Below the pieces are notes generated by a model. The model had not been told where the DNA came from and did no database searches. It saw nothing but the letters and a program-made list of their open reading frames with translations. A stretch of 64,000 bases of DNA from Rhizobacter sp. (GTDB taxonomy: Bacteria; Pseudomonadota; Gammaproteobacteria; Burkholderiales; Burkholderiaceae_C): positions 12,623 to 76,622 of the forward strand of contig JAMLIM010000008.1 of NCBI GenBank assembly GCA_023954175.1, given 5' to 3'. The position numbers were made by a program, and so were the translations under genes. This document shows, piece after piece, positions 21,482-30,309 of the stretch. The stretch's first letter is position 1; each line of letters begins with the position of its first letter.

Positions 21482-23112
21482 ATGACCTTCACTGCCCACG
21501 TCGACACCTTCGCGCGCGACCACCTGCCGCCGCCCGATCAGCAACCCGAGTTCCTGTTCGAGCGGCCCGAGTTGAAGTTCCCCGCGCAGCTCAACTGCGC
21601 CACCGAACTGCTCGACAAGCGCGTCAGCGAAGGCCGGGGCGACAGGCTCTGCCTGCGTGCGCCCGGCGGTCTGTCCTGGACATTCGCCGACCTGCAGCAA
21701 CGCGCCAACCGCATCGCCAACGTGCTGGTCAAGGACATGGGGCTCGTGCCCGGCAACCGCGTGCTGCTGCGCGCGCCGAACAACCCGATGCTCGTCGCCT
21801 GCTGGTTCGCGGTCATGAAGGCAGGCGGGATCGCCGTCGCGACGATGCCCTTGCTGCGCGCGAAGGAGTTGCGCAAGGTCCTTGCCAAGGCGCAAGTCAC
21901 CCACGCGCTGTGCGACCTGCGTCTGATCGATGAACTGCGCACGGCGATGCGCGACGAGCCGGTGCTCGGCCAGTTGCGTACCTTCAACGACGAAGGCGCC
22001 GAGGGCCTCGAAGCGGCGATGGCGCGTCACGCCGACCGCTTCGACAACATCGCCACCGCGGCCGACGACACCTGCATGCTCGCCTTCACCTCCGGCACCA
22101 CCGGTCAGCCGAAGGCGACGATGCACTTTCACCGCGACGTGATGGCGGCGTGCGCGTCGTTTCCCGGCCACGTGCTGCGCCCGCGCGAGAGCGACGTCTT
22201 CCTCGGCAGCCCGCCGCTGGCGTTCACCTTCGGGCTCGGCGGCCTGGTGCTGTTCCCGATGAGCGTCGGCGCGTCGATCGTGCTGCTCGAGCAGGCCTCG
22301 CCGCCGGCGCTGCTGGAAGCGATTCCCGCCTACGGCGTGACGACGCTCGTCACGGCGCCGACCTCGTACCGGGCTATGGCCGAGCCGGCGCGCAAGCTGC
22401 GGCTGAGTGTGGCCCAGGGCGGCACGCTGCGCCAATGCGTATCGGCCGGCGAGGTGCTGCCCGCCGCAACGCGCGCCCTGTGGAAGGACGCGACCGGCAT
22501 CGAGATCATCGACGGCATCGGCGCGACCGAGATGCTGCACATCTTCATCTCCGCCGACGAGGCGCATGCGCGTCCCGGTGCGACCGGCACCGTCGTCCCC
22601 GGCTACCGTGCCTGCGTGCTCGACGACGACGGCAAGCCCGCGCCTGTCGGCAGCGTCGGCCGCCTCGCGGTGAAAGGCCCCACGGGTTGTCGCTACCTCG
22701 ACGATGAACGTCAAACGACCTACGTCAAGGACGGCTGGAACCTGACCGGCGATGCTTACATGATGGACGAGGACGGCTACTTCCACTACCAGGCGCGCAC
22801 CGACGACATGATCGTTTCCTCGGGTTACAACATCGGCGCGCCGGAAGTCGAGGAAGCCCTGCTGACGCACCCGGCGGTCGCCGAATGCGCCGTCGTCGGC
22901 GCGCCGGACGAAGAGCGCGGCCAGATCGTCAAGGCCTTTGTCGTGCTGCGCGAAGGGCATGCTGGCGGGCGGCGATGGCGCGCACGCTGCAGGATTTCGT
23001 CAAGGCGACGATCGCGCCCTACAAGTACCCGCGCGCGGTCGAGTTCCGCACCGAACTGCCGCGCACCGAAACCGGCAAACTGCAACGTTTTCGCTTGCGC
23101 GAATCAACCTGA
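21482..23112 (+). CDS. aryl-CoA ligase (2-aminobenzoate/benzoate-CoA ligase-like ANL enzyme), interrupted by an apparent frameshift near 22961-22975
   Basis: The frame from ATG 21482 reads MTFTAHVDTFARDHLPPP...AFTSGTTGQPKATMHFH (AMP motif)...DGWNLTGD...QIVKAFVVLREGHAGG and then degenerates. The canonical C-terminus MARTLQDFVKATIAPYKYPRAVEFRTELPRTETGKLQRFRLREST* is in the +2 frame, 22975-23112. Confidence 0.8.
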
Positions 23113-23122
23113 GGTGAATGCG

Positions 23123-23575
23123 ATGACCTTCGAACGCGAACAACTGATCCGCTTCTCGCATTGCGACCCGGCGGGCATCGTCTTCTTCCCGCAGTACTTC
23201 GTGCTCTTCAATGGCCTCGTCGAGGACTGGTTCGACGACGCCCTCGCGCTCGGCTATGAACGCGTCGTCATCGGCCAGCGCACCGGGCTGCCGACGGTGG
23301 CACTCAACTGCGAGTTCCTGCGCCCGAGCCGGATGGGCGAGCGCGTGACGCTCGGCCTCGCGGTGCGCAAACTCGGGCGCAGCTCGATCACGCTCGACGT
23401 GTCGTGCCGGCACGGCGATGAATTGCGCGTGCGCGTGCGCCAGGTCATCGTCACGACTTCGCTCGACGACGGCCTGTCGCGGCCGATTGCGGACAACGTG
23501 CGCGCGGCGATCGAGCGCTTCGGCATCACGGGCGACGCGCCCGAGCCGCGCGCCGCGGAAGGCAAGGCGGCATGA
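23123..23575 (+). CDS. 4HBT/YbgC-type acyl-CoA thioesterase
   Basis: [37 protein letters not shown]... is a hotdog-fold thioesterase N-terminus with the catalytic Asp in HCDPAG. Its stop overlaps the next start (ATGA). Confidence 0.8.
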   Translation: MTFEREQLIRFSHCDPAGIVFFPQYFVLFNGLVEDWFDDALALGYERVVIGQRTGLPTVALNCEFLRPSRMGERVTLGLAVRKLGRSSITLDVSCRHGDELRVRVRQVIVTTSLDDGLSRPIADNVRAAIERFGITGDAPEPRAAEGKAA

Positions 23576-23967
23576 CGACCCTGTTGCAACCCCCTGGCTG
23601 GGCCCGCCCCAAGGGCTACTCGAACGGAGTCAAGGTCCGCGGGCAGATGGTGTTCATTGCCGGCATGATCGGCTGGGACGCCGACGGCAAGTTCCCCAGC
23701 GCCGACCTCGCCGGCCAGGTGCGCCAGGCGCTCCTGAACGTGCGGGCCGTGCTCGACGAGGCCGGCGCGAAGCCCGAGCACATCGTGCGCATGACCTGGT
23801 ACGTGACCGACAAGCAGGACTACCTGGCGCAGGGCCGCGCGATCGGCGCTGCCTACCGCGAAGTCATCGGCAGCTTCAACGCTGCGATGACGGCGGTCGA
23901 GGTCAAGGCGCTGATCGAGGATCAGGCCAAGGTCGAGATCGAAGTCACCGCCGTCATTCCCGACTGA
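23572..23967 (+). CDS. RidA family protein (enamine/imine deaminase)
   Basis: 131 aa. [27 protein letters not shown]...RMTWYVTD...[12 protein letters not shown]...VEIEVTAV is the YjgF/RidA fold pattern. Confidence 0.88.
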   Translation: MTTLLQPPGWARPKGYSNGVKVRGQMVFIAGMIGWDADGKFPSADLAGQVRQALLNVRAVLDEAGAKPEHIVRMTWYVTDKQDYLAQGRAIGAAYREVIGSFNAAMTAVEVKALIEDQAKVEIEVTAVIPD

Positions 23968-24005
23968 ACCTCCAACCCTCACTTCACCTTTACCCGGAGC
24001 ACGAC

Positions 24006-25193
24006 ATGGCCACGAAAAATGCAGCCTTCCATTGGGACGACCCGCTGCTGCTGGATGCGCAACTGAGCGACGACGAGCGCGCGGTGCGCGACGCGGCGCA
24101 TGCCTACAGCCAGGAGCGGCTCGCGCCGCGCGTGCTCGAAGCCTTTCGAAACGAGAGCGCCGAGACGGTGGTGTTCCGCGAGATGGGCGAGCTCGGCCTG
24201 CTCGGCCCGACGATCCCGGAATCCTATGGCGGCGCCGGCATGAACCACGTCTGCTACGGCCTCGTCGCGCGCGAAGTCGAGCGCGTCGACTCCGGCTACC
24301 GCTCGATGATGAGCGTGCAGAGCTCGCTCGTGATGCTGCCGATCTTCGAGTTCGGCAACGAGGCGACGAAGCAGAAATACCTGCCCAAGCTCGCGAGCGG
24401 CGAATGGATCGGCTGCTTCGGCCTGACCGAGCCCGACCACGGCTCCGACCCCGGCAGCATGGTCACGCGCGCGAAGAAGGTCGCCGGCGGCTACAGCCTG
24501 ACGGGCACCAAGATGTGGATCAGCAACAGCCCGTTCGCCGACGTGTTCGTCGTCTGGGCGAAGGACGAGGCCGGCGCGATCCGCGGCTTCGTGCTCGACA
24601 AGGGCGCGAAGGGCCTGTCGGCGCCCGCGATCCACGGCAAGGTCGGCCTGCGCGCGAGCACGACCGGCGAGATCGTGATGGACAACGTGTTCTGCCCGGA
24701 AGAGAACGCCTTCCCCGAAGTGCGCGGCCTGAAGGGGCCGTTCACCTGCCTCAACAGCGCGCGCTACGGCATCGCCTGGGGCGCGATGGGCGCGGCCGAG
24801 GACTGCTTCCACCGGGCGCGCCAGTACACGCTCGATCGCAAGCAGTTCGGCCGCCCGCTCGCCGCGAACCAGCTCGTGCAGAAGAAGCTCGCCGACATGC
24901 TGACCGAGATCAGCCTCGGCCTGCAGGGCGTCCTGCGCCTCGGCCGCATGAAGGACGAGGGCACGGCGGCGGTCGAGACGACGAGCATCCTGAAGCGCAA
25001 CAACTGCGGCAAGGCGCTCGACATCGCGCGCCTGGCGCGCGACATGATGGGCGGCAACGGCATCAGCGATGAATTCGGCGTCGCCCGCCATCTCGTCAAC
25101 CTCGAGGTCGTCAACACCTACGAGGGCACGCACGACGTGCACGCGCTGATCCTCGGGCGGGCGATCACCGGCATCGCGGCCTTCTCGAACTAG
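24006..25193 (+). CDS. gcdH: glutaryl-CoA dehydrogenase
   Basis: [50 protein letters not shown]... and the C-terminal [20 protein letters not shown] are typical of GcdH rather than generic ACADs. Confidence 0.9.
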   Translation: MATKNAAFHWDDPLLLDAQLSDDERAVRDAAHAYSQERLAPRVLEAFRNESAETVVFREMGELGLLGPTIPESYGGAGMNHVCYGLVAREVERVDSGYRSMMSVQSSLVMLPIFEFGNEATKQKYLPKLASGEWIGCFGLTEPDHGSDPGSMVTRAKKVAGGYSLTGTKMWISNSPFADVFVVWAKDEAGAIRGFVLDKGAKGLSAPAIHGKVGLRASTTGEIVMDNVFCPEENAFPEVRGLKGPFTCLNSARYGIAWGAMGAAEDCFHRARQYTLDRKQFGRPLAANQLVQKKLADMLTEISLGLQGVLRLGRMKDEGTAAVETTSILKRNNCGKALDIARLARDMMGGNGISDEFGVARHLVNLEVVNTYEGTHDVHALILGRAITGIAAFSN

Positions 25194-25284
25194 CGCAGCG
25201 CGCGGAACGACGCTACAACCCGCCGCCAGCAATGGCGGCGCGCCTCTGTTACCGTCGCGCACGAGTGAATTTGGAGACGGTTGG

Positions 25285-26811
25285 ATGTCGGTCTTGCAGG
25301 AGCGATTGCGCGCGTTGGCGCCCGAGGTGCTGTTCGGCATCCGCCGCGGCATCGAGAAGGAAAGCCTGCGCACGCGACCGAGCGGGGCGCTCGCGCTGAC
25401 GCCGCACCCGAAGGCGCTCGGCTCGGCACTCACCCACCCGCACATCACGACCGACTACAGCGAGTCGCAGCTCGAGCTCATCACCGGCGTGCACGCCGGC
25501 GTCGGCGCCTGCCTCGAGGAGCTGACGCAGGTCCACCAGTTCGTCTATCACACGCTGCGGGCGTTGGGCGACGAGATGCTGTGGGTCAGCAGCATGCCGT
25601 GCGGCCTGCCGACCGACGAGACGATCCCGATCGGCCGCTACGGCAGCTCCAACGTCGGCCGCGCGAAGAGCGTCTACCGCGTCGGGCTCGGGCACCGCTA
25701 CGGCCGGCGCATGCAGACGATCTCGGGCATCCACTACAACTGGTCGATGCCGGGCGTGACGACCGAGCAGTACTTCGGCCTGATCCGCAATTTCCGGCGC
25801 CATTCCTTTCTGCTGCTCGCGCTGTTCGGTGCCTCGCCCGCGCTGTGTTCGAGCTTCGTCGCGGGTCGCGAGCACGACTTGCAGCACCTGTCGCAGCACA
25901 CGCTGTATCAGCCTTACGCGACCTCCCTGCGCATGGGGCGGCTCGGCTACCAGAGCGACGCGCAGGCGACGCTCGCGGTCAGCTACAACAGCCTCGAGAG
26001 CTACGCCGCGTCGCTGCACGACGCGCTGACGCGCCCCTATCCGGCCTACGAAGCGGTCGGCATCCGGAACCCGGGTGGCGACTACAACCAGCTCGCGACC
26101 AGCCTGCTGCAGATCGAGAACGAGTTCTACGGCACGATCCGCCCGAAGCGCGTGATCCAGCCCGGCGAGCGCCCGCTGCACGCGCTGCGCGAACGCGGCG
26201 TCGAATATGTCGAGGTGCGCTGCATGGATCTCGATCCGTTCGAGCCGGTGGGCATCGGCGAGCAGACGCTGCGCTTTCTCGACGTCTTCCTGCTGCACTG
26301 CCTGATGAGCGACAGCGCGCCCGACACGCCGCAGGAGATCGCCGCGATCGGCCGCAACCAGCTGCGCACCGCGGCGCGCGGGCGTGAGCCGGGGCTCAGG
26401 CTCGAGCGCGGCGCGGGCGAAATCGAGCTCGTGGAATGGGGCGCGCAACTGCTGGCCGAATGCGCGCCGGCCGCTGCGGCGCTCGACGCGACCCACGGCA
26501 CGTCGCGCTACGGCGAGGCCCTGGCGGATGCGCAGCGCGTGTTGACGGACTTGGACAGCGCCCCGTCCGCGCGCGTGCTCGCCACGACCACGCGGGATTT
26601 CGACGCGTCCTACGTCGGCTTCATCCGTGCGCAGTCGGCGCAGACGCGCGCTGCGCTGCTCGCGCTGCCGTACCCGGCCGCCCTCGCGCAACGCTTCGCG
26701 GCGATGGCCAAGGAGTCGGTCGAGGCGCGTCGGCGCATCGAGGCGGCCGACACGCTGCCGTTCGAAGAGTACCGCCGGGCCTATCTGTCCGTCGAGCGCC
26801 TCGGCGCGTGA
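25285..26811 (+). CDS. gshA: glutamate-cysteine ligase (proteobacterial type)
   Basis: 508 aa. GIEKESLR, HPHITTDYSESQLELITG, ISGIHYNWS, FYGTIRPKR, YVEVRCMDLDPF. Confidence 0.93.
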   Translation: MSVLQERLRALAPEVLFGIRRGIEKESLRTRPSGALALTPHPKALGSALTHPHITTDYSESQLELITGVHAGVGACLEELTQVHQFVYHTLRALGDEMLWVSSMPCGLPTDETIPIGRYGSSNVGRAKSVYRVGLGHRYGRRMQTISGIHYNWSMPGVTTEQYFGLIRNFRRHSFLLLALFGASPALCSSFVAGREHDLQHLSQHTLYQPYATSLRMGRLGYQSDAQATLAVSYNSLESYAASLHDALTRPYPAYEAVGIRNPGGDYNQLATSLLQIENEFYGTIRPKRVIQPGERPLHALRERGVEYVEVRCMDLDPFEPVGIGEQTLRFLDVFLLHCLMSDSAPDTPQEIAAIGRNQLRTAARGREPGLRLERGAGEIELVEWGAQLLAECAPAAAALDATHGTSRYGEALADAQRVLTDLDSAPSARVLATTTRDFDASYVGFIRAQSAQTRAALLALPYPAALAQRFAAMAKESVEARRRIEAADTLPFEEYRRAYLSVERLGA

Positions 26812-26827
26812 TGCGCAGGTTGCGCGT

Positions 26828-28513
26828 CTAGAGGAAGTACAGGATCAGATAGCCGAGCAGCAGCACGAGCACCCAGATCGACATGCTGCGCGTCGTCCAG
26901 GTGCGGGCGAGCCCGCCCTGCGGTCCGTGGTGCCGATAGATCAGCCCCGCCAGACGCGACGCCAGCGCGCGGGCCACGGCCGCGCCGAGCGCCATCGCGC
27001 CCGACAACGCGGCGGCGCCGATCGACACGAGGCCAGGCAGCAGGCGGCGATAGAGCCAGTCGGCGTCGAGCGTGATCGTCAGCGTGCGCTTCAGGTAGGG
27101 CAGCGCGACGAAGAACGCGAGCCCCGAGAACAGCAGCAGCTGCGTCTGCGTCAGCACGTGCGCGCCGGTGTAGGGCACGTAGTCCACCGCGTAGGGCAGC
27201 ATCGCATAGAGCGGTTCGTACCAGATGCCGAGCCCGATGCACAGGATCGAGAAGAAGATCATCGCCCAGCGCATCGATGCCGGCGGCTCGGCGGGGCGCA
27301 ACCCCGAGTCCTTCTGGAAGAACACGAACCACGGGAACTTGATGCCCGCGTGCAGGAAGACACCGGCCGAAGCTGCCGCGAGCAGCAGCCAGACGACGAG
27401 CAGATCGCCGTCTGCGGCGGCCTGCGAGATCATCGACTTGCTGACGAAGCCCGAGGTGAACGGGAAGGCCGAGATCGCGAGCGCACCGATCGTGCCGCAG
27501 ATCGTCGTCAGCGGCATGCTGTGGAACAGACCACCGAGCTCGGAGCACTTGCGCCGGTCCGTCATCTTCAGCACCGAGCCGGCCGACATCAGCAGCAGGC
27601 CCTTGTAGAGGATGTGCGCGAAGGCGTGCGCGGCGGCGCCGTTGAGCGCAAGCTCGGTGCCGATGCCGATGCCGGCGATCATGAAGCCGACCTGGTTCAC
27701 GATCGAATAGGCGAGGATGCGCCGCATGTCGTTTTCGAGCAGCGCGTAGACGATGCCGTAGAACGCCATGAAGAGGCCCACCCACACCAGCAGTTCGGTG
27801 CCCGGAAAGCCGCGGATCAAGGCGTAGACGGCCGTCTTGGTCGTGAACGCGGAGAGGAACACCGTGCCGCTCCACGACGCCTCGGGGTAGGCGTCGGGCA
27901 GCCAGGCCGAGATCGGCGTCGCCGCGGCGTTGATCAGGAAGCCGATCAAGATCAGCCAGTTCGACGTCGAGTCGAGCGCCATGCGCGTGAACTCGACGCT
28001 GCCCGTCTGCGCGATGTGGCCGGTGATGCCGGCGAACAGGATCACGCCGCCGAGCAGGTGGATCATCAGGTAGCGCTGCGCGGCGCGATACGCCGGGCGC
28101 GTGCCGGCGCTCCAGAGCACGAGCGTCGAGCCGACGGCCATCAGCTCCCAGAACACGAAGAGCGTGATCAGGTCGCCCGCGAACGCGGCGCCGATCGCCG
28201 CGCCGGCGTAGACGAACGCGGCCGGCACCTCGATGCGGCTCTTCTGGCCGAGCGCGAAGAGGCCGCCGCCGGCTGCCATCAGCGCGAAGATCGTCGCGAA
28301 CAGGCGCGACAACTTGTCGCCGCGCAGCGGCGTGAGCTCGTGACCGAGGAAGTGCAGTTGCCAGCCCGCGCCATCACCGACCTGCCACACCAGCCACAGC
28401 GCGAGCAGCGGCAGCGCGATGACGAGCACGGACCGCGCCGTGCCGCGCAGCCACGGCAGCAGGAAGGCGCCGAAGATCAGCACCAGGCCCGGGTGCGGCA
28501 CGTGCTCAGTCAT
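26828..28513 (-). CDS. Mrp/NuoL-M-N family antiporter subunit (MrpD-like 3)
   Basis: MTEHVPHPGLVLIFGAFLLPW... has about 14 predicted TM helices, plus WLPDAYPEASWSGTVFLSAFTTKTAVYALIR and LAYSIVNQVGFM (proton-antiporter M-domain motifs). Its start overlaps the upstream small ORF by 8 nt. Confidence 0.88.
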   Translation of the reverse strand: MTEHVPHPGLVLIFGAFLLPWLRGTARSVLVIALPLLALWLVWQVGDGAGWQLHFLGHELTPLRGDKLSRLFATIFALMAAGGGLFALGQKSRIEVPAAFVYAGAAIGAAFAGDLITLFVFWELMAVGSTLVLWSAGTRPAYRAAQRYLMIHLLGGVILFAGITGHIAQTGSVEFTRMALDSTSNWLILIGFLINAAATPISAWLPDAYPEASWSGTVFLSAFTTKTAVYALIRGFPGTELLVWVGLFMAFYGIVYALLENDMRRILAYSIVNQVGFMIAGIGIGTELALNGAAAHAFAHILYKGLLLMSAGSVLKMTDRRKCSELGGLFHSMPLTTICGTIGALAISAFPFTSGFVSKSMISQAAADGDLLVVWLLLAAASAGVFLHAGIKFPWFVFFQKDSGLRPAEPPASMRWAMIFFSILCIGLGIWYEPLYAMLPYAVDYVPYTGAHVLTQTQLLLFSGLAFFVALPYLKRTLTITLDADWLYRRLLPGLVSIGAAALSGAMALGAAVARALASRLAGLIYRHHGPQGGLARTWTTRSMSIWVLVLLLGYLILYFL

Positions 28514-28805
28514 GGCGCCCTCTGCCCTCGCCGGCGCCGCCGCTGGGGTCATCGCCAGTGGCGTCGCTGTCGTAGTAGGTGTCCGGGCGCTTGAGCACGA
28601 GGGCAAGCGCCTTGGCGAAGGCGATCATCGCGATGCAGACCAGCAGGCCGTACCAGGCGTGGAAGGCGAACCAGGATTCGATCTCGAAATGCGGATGCAG
28701 GTGGACCAGGGGTTCGGCGAGCACGGTGAGCGCGAGGACGACGAGAAAGCCGCGCCACAGCAGCTTCACGTGCTTGGGGTCGTCGAGCCAGTGCGGGTCG
28801 TTCAT
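28506..28805 (-). CDS. small two-helix membrane protein of unknown function inside the mrp operon
   Basis: 99 aa: MNDPHWLDDPKHVKLLWRGFLVVLALTVLAEPLV...WFAFHAWYGLLVCIAMIAFAKALALVL plus an acidic/Gly tail. It is tightly packed between two mrpD-like genes (4-nt gap upstream, 8-nt overlap downstream). Confidence 0.6.
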   Translation of the reverse strand: MNDPHWLDDPKHVKLLWRGFLVVLALTVLAEPLVHLHPHFEIESWFAFHAWYGLLVCIAMIAFAKALALVLKRPDTYYDSDATGDDPSGGAGEGRGRHD

Positions 28806-28809
28806 GGCG

Positions 28810-30309
28810 TCAGGTCCCTGCGAGCATCTGCCGCGCGAGGGCGAGCGGCAGTTCGGGCATGAAGAACAGCGCGATCGTGCCGGCCGCGGTGGCGACGAGC
28901 GCGACGACCATCGGCCACGGCGCCTCGCCGTGCGCGGCGTGGCTGCTGTGGTCGCTGTGGTCGCTATGGCCGGCGTGATCGCCCGCAGGCGGCGCGACAA
29001 AGAACGCACGATAGACGATAGGCGCGAAGTAGCCGGCGTTGAGCAGCGTGCTCGCGATGATCACGCTGACGGCGAGCCAGTGCTCGGTCGCCATCGCGCC
29101 CGACAGCATGTACCACTTCGAGATGAAGCCGGCCGCCGGCGGCAGCCCGATCATCGACAGCACGCCGACGGCGAACGCGCCCATCGTCCACGGCATGCGC
29201 CGGCCGATGCCGTCGAGCTGGCTGACCTCTGTCTTGTGCGCCGCCGTGTAGATCGCGCCGGCGGCGAAGAAGAGCGTGATCTTGCCGAGCGCATGCGCCG
29301 CGATGTGCATCACCGCGCCGACGATCGACAAGGGCGCGAGGATCGCCATCGCGAGCACGACGTAGGCGAGCTGGCTGACGGTCGAGTAGGCGAGCCGGCG
29401 CTTCAGGTTGTCGGCGCGCAGCGCGACGACCGACGCCGCGATGATCGTGAAGCCCGCGATCCACAACAGCCAGTCCGCGTTCGTCGCGGTCGCGAGCTCA
29501 TCGACGCCGTAGATGTAGACGATCACCTTGACGATGCTGAACACGCCCGCCTTCACGACCGCGACCGCGTGCAGCAGCGCGGAGACCGGTGTCGGCGCGA
29601 CCATCGCCGCCGGCAGCCAGCGGTGAAACGGCATCAGCGCCGCCTTGCCGATGCCGAACATCATGAGCGCGAGCACGCCGCCGAGCGCAGGGCCCGAGAG
29701 CTTGCCGGCGAGCACGCCGCCGGGCGTGAAGTCGGTCGTGCCGGTGAGGCTCCAGACGAGGATCAGTGCCGGCAGCAGCAGCACCATCGAGGTGCCCATC
29801 AGCAGGCCCAGATAGACGCGGCCGCCGGCGCGCGCCGCGTCGGTGCCGGCATGCGTGACGAGCGGGTAGGTGACGAGCGTCAGCACCTCGTAGAACACGA
29901 ACAACGTAAACAGGTTGCCGGCACAGGCGATGCCCATCGTCGCCGCGATCGCGAGCGCGAAGCAGACGTAGAAGCGCGTCTGCTTCGCCTCGCCGTTGGC
30001 GCGCATGTAGCCGATCGAATAGATCGAGTTGACGATCCACAGCCCCGACGCGATGAGCGCGAACAGCATGCCCAGCGGCTCGACGCGAAACGCGATCGCG
30101 AGCCCGGGCATCATCTCGATCAGCGCCAATGCCGGTTGCTGGCCGGCGAGGACGAGCGGCAACAGCGATGCGACGCAATAGAAGAGCAGGCCGGCGGTCG
30201 CGAGCGTGACGCCTTCGCGCAGGTTCGGTGCCGCACCGCACAGCGAAATCAGCAACGCGCCGGCGAGCGGCACGAGCAACGCGGCGAGCACGAGTGCGTC
30301 GGCGCCCAT
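28810..30309 (-). CDS. Mrp/NuoL-M-N family antiporter subunit (MrpD-like 2) with a His-rich C-terminal loop
   Basis: This is the C-terminal 499 codons of track ORF 28810..31587: MGADALVLAALLVPLAG..., FHRWLPAAMVAPTPVSALLHAVAVVKAGVF, LAYSTVSQLAYV, and GDHAGHSDHSDHSSHAAHGE near the end. There is an ATGA overlap with the upstream gene. Confidence 0.88.
   Translation of the reverse strand: MGADALVLAALLVPLAGALLISLCGAAPNLREGVTLATAGLLFYCVASLLPLVLAGQQPALALIEMMPGLAIAFRVEPLGMLFALIASGLWIVNSIYSIGYMRANGEAKQTRFYVCFALAIAATMGIACAGNLFTLFVFYEVLTLVTYPLVTHAGTDAARAGGRVYLGLLMGTSMVLLLPALILVWSLTGTTDFTPGGVLAGKLSGPALGGVLALMMFGIGKAALMPFHRWLPAAMVAPTPVSALLHAVAVVKAGVFSIVKVIVYIYGVDELATATNADWLLWIAGFTIIAASVVALRADNLKRRLAYSTVSQLAYVVLAMAILAPLSIVGAVMHIAAHALGKITLFFAAGAIYTAAHKTEVSQLDGIGRRMPWTMGAFAVGVLSMIGLPPAAGFISKWYMLSGAMATEHWLAVSVIIASTLLNAGYFAPIVYRAFFVAPPAGDHAGHSDHSDHSSHAAHGEAPWPMVVALVATAAGTIALFFMPELPLALARQMLAGT

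Noticed and set aside
21203-23575. A single 790-aa ORF that could be read as a natural ligase-thioesterase fusion protein.
   Set aside because: The 50-aa junction is Arg/Ser-rich out-of-frame translation of the conserved ANL C-terminus, which is intact in the +2 frame and ends at its own stop at 23112. The thioesterase has its own ATG 10 nt later. A frameshift is the simpler reading; it is kept as a finding, not as a fusion gene.
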